The notes under the pieces: model-generated
Told to the model about the DNA's origin: nothing
Seen by the model: only the letters and a program-made list of their open reading frames with translations
Database searches by the model: none
Assembly: GCA_963719035.1 (NCBI GenBank)
Contig: CAVRAO010000006.1
Location: 96,001-160,000, forward strand
Length of the DNA: 64,000 nucleotides
From: Methanobacteriota archaeon
GTDB lineage: Archaea > Halobacteriota > Bog-38 > Methanoflorentales > Methanoflorentaceae
Direction of reading: 5' to 3'
Translations under genes and position numbers: made by a program
Shown: one piece after another, positions 29,818-40,247 of the stretch
Numbering within the stretch: position 1 is the first letter of the stretch
How the letters are laid out: each line of letters opens with the position of its first letter

Positions 29818-31269
29818 GTGAAACCGCTGAAAATTCTCTTTGTCGAACCGCCAAAGGCTGAATGGTTCGTGATGGGCGAATACTTGCCGCCTCCTTTGGG
29901 AATTCTGCAATTAGCTGCTTATGTTGAGGGAAGTTGTAAAAACATTGAAATCGACTTACTCGATTGTCAAGCGGCAAACGTCGACTGGAGAGGACTAGAG
30001 AAGCAAATCGAGATGGTAAGCCCTGACGTTGTAGTCCCAAGCGCACTGGCCACCTGCAATGCTTACGTCACGGCACGCACTGTCGAAACCGCCAAGACTG
30101 TCAACCAAGAGATCTTGACGATTGTCGGCGGTCAGCACTTTACCGCTACCGCTAACGAGAGCCTTGCAATTTATCCGGAAATAGACCTCGTGATCAGGGG
30201 AGAGGGCGAACAAACGCTCGCAGAAGTCCTTCACGCGCATAGCGAAGGACGATCATTTTCCAATGTGCAAGGGGTCTCGTTTGCACACAACGGCGCTATA
30301 CATCACTCGCCCGATCGACTATTGTTAACAAATTTGGATATGTTGCCTTATCCGGGATACCATTTCGTCGAGGACGTCATCGAGAAGTATCACTTCAGGC
30401 AGATGACAGACGCCTCAAAACGATATGCACTCATAGAAGGTTCGAGAGGGTGTGCTAACGACTGCGCTTTCTGCAGCCAGTGCGCTTTTTGGCGACGGAA
30501 GTGGCGGAGTAAATCTCCAAAGAGGATAGCCGATGAGATGCAGCATATGTATGAACACTACGGGATGAAATTCCAGTGGCTCACCGACGATAACTTTGGA
30601 TTAGGTGCGCATACCCAAGAACTATGCAAGGAGCTCATCGAGAGAGGGCTTTCGCACGATATAATGTGGTTCATGCAGGCGCGCTGCGATGACATCAGAC
30701 GTCACGAAAATGTGCTCCCCACGTTGAGCGAAGCCGGCCTTCGCTGGATACTCACCGGCGTCGAAAGTGGGAGCGAGTCCACATTGGACGCGTTTAACAA
30801 AAAAATCCGGCCCGAAGACGCTCAGCATGCGATATCACTCTTAAAGCGCAATGATATCTTCTCTCAGGCTATGTTTATCATCGGCGAGCGACACGATTCT
30901 GCTGAGTCAATTGCTCGCTTGCAGGCATTTGCCAACGATATAGACCCGGACCTAGCGATTTTTGGCATACTGACGCCTTTTCCGGGAACGAGGATGTATG
31001 ATGAAGCACTGAGTAACGGCTGGCTTGAAGATCGTAATTGGGCGCACTACGACATGATGCATGCCATAATGCCGACGCAGCACTTGTCACGACTCGAAGT
31101 CCAAGAAGAACTTTACAACTGTTATCGTGGTTTTTACGGCTCTTTCTCAAGGCGATTAAAAGGGATGTTCTCGACAAATGCTTTGACGCGTCATACCTAT
31201 CGGTATTTAGCCGGGCAAGGTCTCTTGAAAGCTTTCAAAGACTTATTCCGGAGGGCCCCTGATGCCTGA
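29818..31269 (+). CDS. Cobalamin-binding radical SAM enzyme (BchE-like/class B)
   Basis: PPLG..LAA, GGQH.T, GEGE, SRGCANDCAFC, DDNF, GVES, TPFPGT; start set at GTG 29818. Confidence 0.88.
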   Translation: MKPLKILFVEPPKAEWFVMGEYLPPPLGILQLAAYVEGSCKNIEIDLLDCQAANVDWRGLEKQIEMVSPDVVVPSALATCNAYVTARTVETAKTVNQEILTIVGGQHFTATANESLAIYPEIDLVIRGEGEQTLAEVLHAHSEGRSFSNVQGVSFAHNGAIHHSPDRLLLTNLDMLPYPGYHFVEDVIEKYHFRQMTDASKRYALIEGSRGCANDCAFCSQCAFWRRKWRSKSPKRIADEMQHMYEHYGMKFQWLTDDNFGLGAHTQELCKELIERGLSHDIMWFMQARCDDIRRHENVLPTLSEAGLRWILTGVESGSESTLDAFNKKIRPEDAQHAISLLKRNDIFSQAMFIIGERHDSAESIARLQAFANDIDPDLAIFGILTPFPGTRMYDEALSNGWLEDRNWAHYDMMHAIMPTQHLSRLEVQEELYNCYRGFYGSFSRRLKGMFSTNALTRHTYRYLAGQGLLKAFKDLFRRAPDA

Positions 31270-32011
31270 GGGCACGTGGAAGACCCGATACCTGCTCTTT
31301 CTCGTCTTCGTGTCTTTTTCGACCCTTTGTTTGATCGCCGCGATTGCCTTTCTTTCGCCGCGCGTTTCTGACGTATTTGCTTGGCGAAGGCAGCTTACCG
31401 GATTAATATTCTCGGCGTTGTGCATCTTAGGGATACTCGCTGTCTTCTTTCCGCAGCACTGTGCTCGAACCCCTCACAAAGAACGCTTGATTAGCGAGCG
31501 TTATAATTTTTCCCTTCAAGGAGAGCATGATTTGCAAAAATCGTCTTCGATCGGCGGCGTAACGGTATCGCATGGACACCACCCCCTATGCCTCCGATAT
31601 TATCAGCACGAGTTCGTCTTCGGCAAAAAAACGCTATGCTCCGCGTGCATGGGATTGTTCTGTGGTGCCCTCATTTCACTTGCAGGTGCGTGGTACGTCT
31701 TTATTCAACAATTCCCTTTCAACCTGCCCTACGGAATCGTTTTTACCCTCGGGGCGGTCTTGATCGTGGTCGGCATTGCCCCTTACGTGATCGCTCATAC
31801 GCTGGGACCAGTACGGCGTTTTTCCTTTAACGCGCTTATGATCGTTGGGATGTTGCTCGCGCTCGTTGCAGTTGACGGCAGAGCTCAAAGTGTCGCGTTG
31901 AACGCGTTCCTTATCGGCTTGTTTGTTTTTGTGCTATTTACCAGGATCAGCCTTTCGCAGGACAAACACGAGCAAATCTGCGCAACGTGTGGACAGACGT
32001 GTGCGATTTGA
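31262..32011 (+). CDS. Cys/His-rich membrane protein
   Basis: About 6 TM segments; HGHHP.C...HE...CSAC and C-terminal H..IC..C...C; overlaps the rSAM stop. Confidence 0.7.
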   Translation: MPEGTWKTRYLLFLVFVSFSTLCLIAAIAFLSPRVSDVFAWRRQLTGLIFSALCILGILAVFFPQHCARTPHKERLISERYNFSLQGEHDLQKSSSIGGVTVSHGHHPLCLRYYQHEFVFGKKTLCSACMGLFCGALISLAGAWYVFIQQFPFNLPYGIVFTLGAVLIVVGIAPYVIAHTLGPVRRFSFNALMIVGMLLALVAVDGRAQSVALNAFLIGLFVFVLFTRISLSQDKHEQICATCGQTCAI

Positions 32012-32027
32012 CAGAAAGATGTTTTTT

Positions 32028-32372
32028 TTATTTGCGGCTCCTAAGTTGGTAAATCGCCCCAGCGATAATCAATATCGCAATGAAAATCAACACTATTGGT
32101 CCGATCAACTCTCCGTTAACGTTAATTGCGATGCCTAACACGTTCTGAAAGATTAATACTACTCCGGCGATTAGAAGAAGCAAACCGAAGAATATTCCGA
32201 CGATAATACCGCCATGGGGGAGTCCAAAGCATTCCTCTTCCGGGCGTTCCTCCCCATAGCACCCATCTCGGCGAGCGCGCCTGCGACGCGTGTCATATAG
32301 GGGCTGTTGACAATTGATGCAGATATCGGCTCCCTCGGCATTTTTAGTCCCGCAATTTTGGCAATATGGCAT
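32028..32372 (-). CDS. Zinc-ribbon + 2-TM protein
   Basis: YCQNCG.KN...A..C.NC, ECFGLP, two TM helices. Confidence 0.8.
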   Translation of the reverse strand: MPYCQNCGTKNAEGADICINCQQPLYDTRRRRARRDGCYGEERPEEECFGLPHGGIIVGIFFGLLLLIAGVVLIFQNVLGIAINVNGELIGPIVLIFIAILIIAGAIYQLRSRK

Positions 32373-32517
32373 AAAACCACCATAATAGCGTAGTTGGCTA
32401 TATTCATAACGCTTGTCATTTGCGGCAAATTAGATGTGTGATTTACTAATTGTATTTAATCCGAGTCGTGTGTAGTCTGCCAGCTTGGGAATCTCGACAC
32501 ATAAGTTTAAATCTGAT

Positions 32518-32539
32518 TATATGAATAGATATTCATATA
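32518..32539. promoter_or_regulatory. ArsR/SmtB-type operator downstream of a TATA box
   Basis: Perfect 10-2-10 inverted repeat TATATGAATA-GA-TATTCATATA; TTTAAA at 32506. Confidence 0.8.
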
Positions 32540-32898
32540 TGAGTCATATCTGTGATGTCTTCTGCATAAACAAAGATGCCGTTAATCACGTGCGATCGCA
32601 GATGCTTAATCATCAGCTTTTTGCTAATACTGCAGAAATCTTTAAGGTGCTCGGCGATCCGACGAGAATGCGACTTCTTTACGCCCTTGCACAACGCGAG
32701 CTGTGCGTGTGCGATCTCTCTGCGGTGCTTGGCATGACGCAATCCGCGATTTCTCACCAGCTCCGGGTACTAAGAAGCGCACGGTTGGTCACATACCGTA
32801 AAGCAGGCAAGGTCGTGTACTACACACTTGCTGACGCTCACGTTACGCAGTTCATCGATGTTGGAGTTGACCATGCCCGAGAATCACAGCCACGGTGA
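32539..32898 (+). CDS. ArsR/SmtB (CadC-like) metalloregulator
   Basis: FK.LGDPTR, ELCVCDL, SAISHQL; likely leaderless start at ATG 32539. Confidence 0.92.
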   Translation: MSHICDVFCINKDAVNHVRSQMLNHQLFANTAEIFKVLGDPTRMRLLYALAQRELCVCDLSAVLGMTQSAISHQLRVLRSARLVTYRKAGKVVYYTLADAHVTQFIDVGVDHARESQPR

Positions 32899-34810
32899 AG
32901 AGAGCTGCTCTACCTGCGCAACGGACATCTTTGAGGAAAAAAAGCCGTTGTGGAAGCAGAAAGAAGTTGTCATCATTAGTATAGCAGGTGCTCTCTTTCT
33001 CATCGGCGTATTTCTCGACGCTGGGCTCTCTCAACACGTCCTGGCCCAAATCGCATTCCTCGGTGCGACACTCATCGCAGGGTACTCCATCATCAAAAAG
33101 GGTCTATTGGGGGTTATCCGAAAGCATCGGCTTGATATGAATCTGCTGATGACGATCGCTGCCGCAGGGGCATTCTCGATCGGCCACGGCGAAGAGGGTG
33201 CAGCAGTGATGCTCTTATTCTTTATCGCAGAGTTCCTCGAAGACTACGCCGGCGATAGGGCACGACAAGAAGTCAGGTCACTGCTCAGGCTTGCGCCAGA
33301 GACGGCAGTCGTCGTGCGCGAAGGGCGTGAGATCATCGTTCACGCCCACGAGGTCGAGGTCGGAGAGGTGGTCATCGTAAAGCCCGGAGAAAAGGTACCA
33401 CTCGACGGCGTCATTATTAGCGGCATCTCATCACTAAATCAAGCCGCCCTCACAGGAGAGAGCGTTCCAGTGGTCAAGACGATCGACGACACGGCATTAG
33501 CTGGTACAATCAGCGAGGACGGATATCTCGAAGTACGCGTTACGAAGAGGTCTGATGAAACGATACTGTCGCGCATCGTGCAGCTGGTTGATGAGGCTCA
33601 GCGGAAGAAGACGCCGACCGAGGCGTTTATCGACCGGTTCTCGCACTATTACACCCCCATCGTCATAACACTCGCAGCGCTAGTAGTTATCCTTCCCGTC
33701 CTCCTATTTGGCCTACCATTTAGCGAGTGGTTTTACAGAGGCCTCGTACTTCTCGTCGTCTCTTGTCCGTGCGCTATGGCGATCTCTACGCCGGTTTCTA
33801 TGGTGTCAGGCCTCACCGCAGCGGCCAGGCGTGGCATCCTGATAAAAGGCGGTGACGTAATCGAGGAGCTGAAGGACGTTAAAGTAGTCATCTTTGACAA
33901 AACGGGGACGCTCACCGAAGGACGACTAGCCGTGACAGATGTGATCGGTCTCAATGGCGCGACAGAAGGCGAAGTAGTGAGGATAGCAGCGTCTTTGGGG
34001 ATAAAATCGACCCATCCTGCGTCGCAAGCGATCGCGAAGAAGGCAGACAACGACAAGGTCGTGTCAGCGCCGATCACCGATTTCAAATCGATTGCCGGAA
34101 AAGGCCTCACCGGGAGATTAAACGGCGCCGACTTCTACGTTGGCAGCCGAAGCTTCCTCAGTAGCGTCAACTCGCGCCTGCCTCATGACGTTATTGACCG
34201 ACTCGAGGCTGAGGGGAAGACGCTCATGCTGGTCGGCACCGATACCCACATCATAGGTGTCATCGGCCTCAAGGACCGGATTCGGGACTCATCGGCGGGG
34301 ATGCTGCGAGCCCTGAGCGCACGTGGCATCAAAACCGTCATGCTGACAGGTGATAATGAGCGCGCAGCGGCTGCGATTGCTAATGAACTTCAGCTGAGCG
34401 AGTGTTATGCTGGGCTGCTGCCTGAAGATAAGGTGCGACACGTTGAGGAGCTGGCAACGGTATACAAACACGTCGCAATGGTCGGAGACGGCGTCAACGA
34501 CGCTCCTGCGATGGCCCGGGCGAACGTCGGCATCGCAATGGGAGCTGCCGGCTCGGATGTTGCGATTGAAACTGCTGATATCGCGCTGATGCACGATGAT
34601 CTCTCGAAAGTGACGTATCTCATCGATCTTAGTAAGAAAACGATGTCTGTGGTCAGAGAGAACGTGATCGTATCGATCCTCGTCAAAGGGTCTTTTGCAG
34701 TGCTCGCCCTTCCGGGAATCATCACTCTCTGGCTTGCCGTCGGCGTCGGCGATATGGGCCTAAGCCTCGCTGTCATACTCAACGCCCTCCGCATAGGTAG
34801 AAAGCAGTAA
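32873..34810 (+). CDS. cadA: Cd/Zn/Pb-transporting P1B-type ATPase
   Basis: TGES, CPC, DKTGT, HP, MVGDGVNDAP; N-terminal HSH..C..C. Confidence 0.92.
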   Translation: MPENHSHGEESCSTCATDIFEEKKPLWKQKEVVIISIAGALFLIGVFLDAGLSQHVLAQIAFLGATLIAGYSIIKKGLLGVIRKHRLDMNLLMTIAAAGAFSIGHGEEGAAVMLLFFIAEFLEDYAGDRARQEVRSLLRLAPETAVVVREGREIIVHAHEVEVGEVVIVKPGEKVPLDGVIISGISSLNQAALTGESVPVVKTIDDTALAGTISEDGYLEVRVTKRSDETILSRIVQLVDEAQRKKTPTEAFIDRFSHYYTPIVITLAALVVILPVLLFGLPFSEWFYRGLVLLVVSCPCAMAISTPVSMVSGLTAAARRGILIKGGDVIEELKDVKVVIFDKTGTLTEGRLAVTDVIGLNGATEGEVVRIAASLGIKSTHPASQAIAKKADNDKVVSAPITDFKSIAGKGLTGRLNGADFYVGSRSFLSSVNSRLPHDVIDRLEAEGKTLMLVGTDTHIIGVIGLKDRIRDSSAGMLRALSARGIKTVMLTGDNERAAAAIANELQLSECYAGLLPEDKVRHVEELATVYKHVAMVGDGVNDAPAMARANVGIAMGAAGSDVAIETADIALMHDDLSKVTYLIDLSKKTMSVVRENVIVSILVKGSFAVLALPGIITLWLAVGVGDMGLSLAVILNALRIGRKQ

Positions 34811-35024
34811 ACATCTAAATCTCCTTACCGGGGTGTTGTCACTGACTTAGAACCTAGACATGGAGCCGCACTATAAAAAACTCCGACAGGAGCTAACACG
34901 TCAGAAGGTCACCGCAAGATTAAAATGACAGCACTTTAAAATTAATAGTGGATCATAGACAGAGGTTGCAGATCCGCGCTCTGTTTTTACCTTTGCAAGC
35001 AAAGCGCAGATCTGCAGCACAGTC

Positions 35025-35056
35025 CCCGAGCCGAACGCGGCTCGGGTTCTCTTTTT
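35025..35056 (+). terminator. GC-rich hairpin followed by a T tract
   Basis: CCCGAGCCG-AACG-CGGCTCGGG-TTCTCTTTTTT. Confidence 0.6.
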
Positions 35057-35260
35057 TGGGTCTAAGAGCGTGTACGGTAATCGCGCGGTTTTACGTTTTA
35101 AACGTTTCGATTTATCCTGATTATCGAAGCCATAGGCATCTTAAAAAGTAAAGCTCTCGACTGACAACACCAGATGCTTTCACGAATCGAGGTTCCATAC
35201 TGTAAAAAAAGGAGAAAGTCTTATCGATAAGAATCCCTACTGAACTACAGGTGATATCTC

Positions 35261-35413
35261 GTGTGCTCTGGTGGCGGTCCGGTAGTCACGATGGAGACGA
35301 GTTGGTTCGAGAAATATAGCTGCAGCAGTTGCGGCATGAAATTCAAGGCAATGGGGAAAAAACCGGCTTGTCCGTCTTGTCGATCGGAAGACGTCACGAA
35401 GCTTTCTGACTAG
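35261..35413 (+). CDS. Small (50 aa) zinc-finger protein, below the ORF-track cutoff
   Basis: AGGTGA SD, GTG start; MCSGGG...YSCSSCGMKF......ACPSCRS. Confidence 0.75.
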   Translation: MCSGGGPVVTMETSWFEKYSCSSCGMKFKAMGKKPACPSCRSEDVTKLSD

Positions 35414-35499
35414 ATATAAAGCACGGCTAAGAATTCGTGTCTCTGCCTATCTTGCCATCTTCTCCATCTGATGTTTTTGTAGCGTCGCGTGTATAGAGT

Positions 35500-36321
35500 T
35501 CATTGCCCCCAGAAGTCTAAAAGCGTGTACTTTAGACTGCCCACTCCGCAATCAGCCGCAAAGGCAAGATGTGCGACGTCCTTGACATTCTTGTGAGTAA
35601 GTGAACGATCCCGCCACTGCAGCAGGTCAAAGCCCGCACTGTCAAGCGCGACGGGATCAGTGCCGGCCAGCATGTATCCTAGAAAGGCTTTCTTACCCCC
35701 ATGCCGCACCTCTTCTGCTATGAGTAGCGTCTCAACGGCGTCGAGTATGTAAAGGTTGCAAGGCTCCACCGCTGCAATCGCGGCAAGCCCCTTATGTATA
35801 TTAGGGGTCCCGCGGTGCATCTCGCTTCGCGCGCTTAGGTCAAGCAGACCGAATTGATTCTTAACCGCTCCAGTCACCGTGCACGTGATGTGGCGCTTAA
35901 GAACCGGAAGGGAGAGTATCACATCAAACGAGCCCGGAACAACAGACAACGGGAGGGTCAACCCGTAAGGCGTCTCGCGCTTGACGTGCTCGCGCTGGTT
36001 AAGGTTAATCCACTCAACTCCATGGTCATCGCATACAGTGCGGAGCGGATGCTCGTGCGACACCGCTCCCGCTTTCCCACCCCATCTATAATCGTATGCC
36101 GGCCCGTCACCTACCACCACGCTATGGCTGGACAGGTGCGTAAGGACGGTATCGAGCACCTGTGGATCGGTCGTAGTCGGATACGGCTCGTCTGAGACGA
36201 TATTAGGCTTTACGAAAACTGTCTCAGCCTCCTCGAACATATCGGTATACTGTGTGAGCACACGGTCGACAAACCCACGCTTCGTCGCGGCTCTCTCAAA
36301 GGCGACTAAGACGTCCGACAT
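35500..36321 (-). CDS. DUF362 domain protein
   Basis: VKPN, TTDP, LPVLK.H, TGAVKNQFG, G.DPVALD. Confidence 0.85.
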   Translation of the reverse strand: MSDVLVAFERAATKRGFVDRVLTQYTDMFEEAETVFVKPNIVSDEPYPTTTDPQVLDTVLTHLSSHSVVVGDGPAYDYRWGGKAGAVSHEHPLRTVCDDHGVEWINLNQREHVKRETPYGLTLPLSVVPGSFDVILSLPVLKRHITCTVTGAVKNQFGLLDLSARSEMHRGTPNIHKGLAAIAAVEPCNLYILDAVETLLIAEEVRHGGKKAFLGYMLAGTDPVALDSAGFDLLQWRDRSLTHKNVKDVAHLAFAADCGVGSLKYTLLDFWGQ

Positions 36322-36616
36322 AATGTACAACCTATTAAGAGATGCGTCCTAAATACTTTGAGGTGCATTGCTCGTATCGAGTTTCAGACTCAAAGCTGGT
36401 GTCGCTGGCACAATCCCCTTTTCGGCTTAGAATTATATCTAAACCCTCGAGGAAACCTTTTTTCCGCTCTCGGTTTGGGGGGCTCAATGCGCCAAAAAGC
36501 AGTTCATGGAAATGCTATGTCAGCAAAAGAGAGCGGATCCGTCGTACACACGCTTTCTTGCGCACATTTGCGCGCTTATAGGTAATTTTTTTACGACGCA
36601 CGAGAACAGAGAAAAC

Positions 36617-37267
36617 ATGCCGCTAGATCTAAGGGAGTCTGATCGCAACACACGTTTCTGGCGCCTCGATACTTTCAGTGATGCTATCTTTGCCGTCGCT
36701 ATGACGCTCCTCGTTTTCAGCTTTCCTATTTCTGGTTTGCCCTCAAACCTCGGACAAGCTGAGGTTCAGGCACTTCTCGAAAGTTTATCGCCGCAGTTTG
36801 AAACGTTTGTCATTAGCTTCCTTGTGGTCGGCGCTTTTTGGGCCGGACATCACCGTATCTTTGACGCAATCGAACGCTATGATCACACGCTCGTGTGGCT
36901 TAACTTCTTCTTCTTGTTATTTATCGTCTTTATCCCGTTCCCCACTGCAGTGTTGGTCAGCGCCGGAAGCTTCTGGCTTCCCACCGCATTTTACGCCTCG
37001 ACCCTTGCTGGCGCCGGATTTGCTCTGACATTCGTGTGGCTGTACGCATCACACAACCATCGATTGATCAATATAAGCGTGCCTGTGCGCGAGATCCGAC
37101 TGCGCACGCTGACGTCAGTCGTGGTGCCGAGCGTCTTTCTGCTCTCGATACTCGTAGCGTTTTACAACCCGCATCTTGCCCAGTACTTCTGGCTTTTGAG
37201 CTTTGTAGCACAATGGTCGATAGCTAAACAATGGAGGAGGGACGAACGTCCTTTAGCCAAAATTTAG
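36617..37267 (+). CDS. TMEM175-family (DUF1211) K+ channel
   Basis: RL..FSDAIFAVAMTLL, SF.VV..FW..HH. Confidence 0.9.
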   Translation: MPLDLRESDRNTRFWRLDTFSDAIFAVAMTLLVFSFPISGLPSNLGQAEVQALLESLSPQFETFVISFLVVGAFWAGHHRIFDAIERYDHTLVWLNFFFLLFIVFIPFPTAVLVSAGSFWLPTAFYASTLAGAGFALTFVWLYASHNHRLINISVPVREIRLRTLTSVVVPSVFLLSILVAFYNPHLAQYFWLLSFVAQWSIAKQWRRDERPLAKI

Positions 37268-37840
37268 AAGTTCAACTGCACAGTGCTAGCCTTATCGGAA
37301 GTGGTGGAGCTGATAGGCTCGCTTTTGGATAGAGCTAACTGCAAAAACGTTGGCGACGCCGTCGATTCAAGCTCATGACATTCAGCGCGACGCGAAGCGT
37401 CGCGCTAATAATGGTGTAGTGAACCCAACTCCGCGGCCATATAGAGTGTTTGAAGGGAACATCGGGTTTGTCGACGCATTAGCTACACCCCTGTGCCCTC
37501 TTGAATGCAGGCCTTTTATGAATCTTTCGAGTACATCGACTATTAGTAAATGCCGAGATGCGAAGGCGCTTAAGAGGGGTTTGACGAATATCTCTGATAA
37601 TAGAACAATTCATCACGAACTGCGATCTAGCTTTGCGGTCGAGTCAGAAGCGCTTACCTAAAGCAAACTAGTGGAAATTCGCTGAAATATCCAAGCATTG
37701 CGCGGCTGAGACGGCTTTCGTTGGCACAACACCTTTGTAGCAATGAAGAGGGACTTCAGTCGGAAATTAGATGAAGAACCATCGTAACATTTATCACAAG
37801 CACGTTTTCGGAGTCTCCAAGAGCAGATGGCATCACACAA

Positions 37841-38698
37841 ATGATTTCCATAATTTGCGTTTATAACAACGAGTGGATTTTGCGGAACTACTTACTAAAG
37901 AGTCTTTCACAGCAAAAAACTGATTTTGAGCTCATCACCATCGATAATACTGAGTATCGATTTGGGTCAGCAGCTGCAGCGCTTAATTGGGGGGGCAAGC
38001 AAGCAGCCGGGGACTGGTTGATGTTCGTGCATCAAGATGTCGATCTTTGTTCAGGTTCGTGGTTGGACAACTTAGAAGCGCTGCTGGGTTCCTTACCCAA
38101 TCTCGGCATTGCCGGAGTAGCGGGAATGCGTGAGAGGGGTGCTACTCTTAAAGAACGCTACAGAAATATCCCAAATCAAAGGCCGTTAGGGAGGGCCAGA
38201 AATGCGATTACTCACGGGCCGCAAAGACAGCAGTGGGGGGCCCCAATACTACAACCCGAACCAGTGCAAACCCTCGACGAGTGTCTCGTAATAATTCCAA
38301 AATCTGTATTCAAGGTCCTGCAATTTGATGAAGCTACCTGCAGCGACTGGCACCTCTACGCGGTAGACTACTGTTTGAGTGTTAAGACGCGCGGGTTTGG
38401 CGTCTATGTAATACCCAAGTACCTCCATCACCAGTCAATGGGCGTTGAAAAGAGCTCATTACAGGTCCTCACCTCCTTCAGCACGTACTCCGAAGAATAT
38501 TACCGCACTTTAAAAAGAATTATGAAGAAACACAAGAATCAGTTTAAGTGGATTCATACATCGTGCGGCTCATGGAACGTCGCTTATCCATTCACTTTAC
38601 AAAGAGTTAACATCGCGTTAGATTACGTCATAATAGCGCCTGTATTCAGGCACCTCTTGTCGCCTTTATTTAGAAAACTAACGTCGGTGGGAAGATAA
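37841..38698 (+). CDS. Glycosyltransferase, GT2-like
   Basis: ISIICVYN, FVHQDV, TLDEC, WHLYAVDYCL. Confidence 0.85.
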   Translation: MISIICVYNNEWILRNYLLKSLSQQKTDFELITIDNTEYRFGSAAAALNWGGKQAAGDWLMFVHQDVDLCSGSWLDNLEALLGSLPNLGIAGVAGMRERGATLKERYRNIPNQRPLGRARNAITHGPQRQQWGAPILQPEPVQTLDECLVIIPKSVFKVLQFDEATCSDWHLYAVDYCLSVKTRGFGVYVIPKYLHHQSMGVEKSSLQVLTSFSTYSEEYYRTLKRIMKKHKNQFKWIHTSCGSWNVAYPFTLQRVNIALDYVIIAPVFRHLLSPLFRKLTSVGR

Positions 38699-38801
38699 CA
38701 GCGAATGGCGCTTTCTTCTGCAAGTCTGAGCAATGATTCACATAGACGTGCGGCGTAAACTGTATCCACGATTGTCAATCAACTTTCTGATCGCTCGTGG
38801 T

Positions 38802-40247
38802 TCATTTTTGATCTCCTTCAAGGCGGAGGATTTGGGTAAGCAGCTTTGCATCTGTTTTTCCAACAACTCCTGTGGCTAACAACACCACGACGTATATACA
38901 AACTGCTGCACCTGTTAAAAGAACATGATTGAACATGTTGAATGCAAGAATCGTCACAACCATGAGCATGCCAGCGAAAGCGGTTTTGCCCACGGCTGGC
39001 AGGCTACGGCGGATGGTCCGTTGAGCTGTTGCTCCGCTTATATATAGGACCAACAAGAACGAAATGCATTCCGTAACTACCGTAACCACGCTGGCTGCTA
39101 TTAGTCCGAAGGGGGGGATAAGAACCAAGTTCAGCGCGATATTCTCAACCATGCAGATCAGTGCGACTTTGGTCAGCGCGACCTGTCTGTCAGCTGATAC
39201 TAAGAAGTTAGTGAAAGGACTTCCAAGAAAAATAAAAACCGATGCCCACACTAATATCTGAAGCGCTATGATTGAATTTGTATATCCAGCACCAAAGACT
39301 AACAAAATAATCTTGTCAGCCAAGAAAGTAATACCGATACCCATCGGCACACTTATAACCGCTATGTAGCGGAAATATGTATCGCGCAGCAACAAAAGCG
39401 AGTCTTTGGCCTCAACGAAAAACCGCGACATTACAGGAAGAACTGCTACGTTCATCACCGTCGGAATTACTAGTAATACGACCATTAGCCGGTAAGCGGC
39501 GCTATACCATCCAACGACCTCGACTCCTTTAATTACCGACAACAAGACTGAGTCAATCCAAAAAAAGATAGTTACAAAAATGCTGGTAACGGCAAACGGA
39601 ATAGCTGTGCTTATGGTTACTCTCCAGAATTCTGGGTCGATGTCCAGCTTTGGTGAGGTAAACTTCCAACGAAAAATAGCCCAGCTATACGTTAGTACCA
39701 TAGCGCCGGCAACTACGTAGATGGCGGCAAAGCTGACAACGTCGAAGCTTAGCTTTATCGCGATAAGAACGCCGCATAAGAAAATGGCGCTGTTTAGAAC
39801 TATCCCAATAGACTGATACTTCATCTTCTCGAATGCTTGGAATACCGAATTATACATCGCGGTAAGACTGGTGAAGACTATCGAAAATGCGAGAATGCTT
39901 ATGACGTATATCGTCTGTAGAGCATAGCCAAGAATTACCGCGGTTCCCACAATGAGGCCAAACGTTAAGACCGCGAGAAAAACCCGTATCACGGTGATGT
40001 TACCAACATACTTGCTTACAAGCGATTTGTTTCGCGCAACTTCGCGCGTCGTGAGTGTGCTTAACCCTAAATCGCTGACCACCCCAAAAATACCAGCAAA
40101 TGCCAATGCGAGGCTCAGCACGCCGAACAACTCAGCCCCCAGGTAACGGCCGGTGATGCTGAGGGAGATAAACCCTAACAGCATGGTCACAACATTTGCT
40201 ATGAACAAAACAGAAGCATTTCTAGCAATCCTTTCGACCGTATTCAT
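38802..40247 (-). CDS. Wzx-type oligosaccharide flippase
   Basis: RYLG...FG, DLGL, ID.VLL, VGWY.AA, N..LIP.FG; about 14 TM. Confidence 0.9.
   Translation of the reverse strand: MNTVERIARNASVLFIANVVTMLLGFISLSITGRYLGAELFGVLSLALAFAGIFGVVSDLGLSTLTTREVARNKSLVSKYVGNITVIRVFLAVLTFGLIVGTAVILGYALQTIYVISILAFSIVFTSLTAMYNSVFQAFEKMKYQSIGIVLNSAIFLCGVLIAIKLSFDVVSFAAIYVVAGAMVLTYSWAIFRWKFTSPKLDIDPEFWRVTISTAIPFAVTSIFVTIFFWIDSVLLSVIKGVEVVGWYSAAYRLMVVLLVIPTVMNVAVLPVMSRFFVEAKDSLLLLRDTYFRYIAVISVPMGIGITFLADKIILLVFGAGYTNSIIALQILVWASVFIFLGSPFTNFLVSADRQVALTKVALICMVENIALNLVLIPPFGLIAASVVTVVTECISFLLVLYISGATAQRTIRRSLPAVGKTAFAGMLMVVTILAFNMFNHVLLTGAAVCIYVVVLLATGVVGKTDAKLLTQILRLEGDQK

Noticed and set aside
34959-34990. preQ1-I riboswitch resemblance (AGAGGTT...CTCT)
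   Set aside because: Lacks the A-rich 3' tail and there is no queuosine/archaeosine gene downstream
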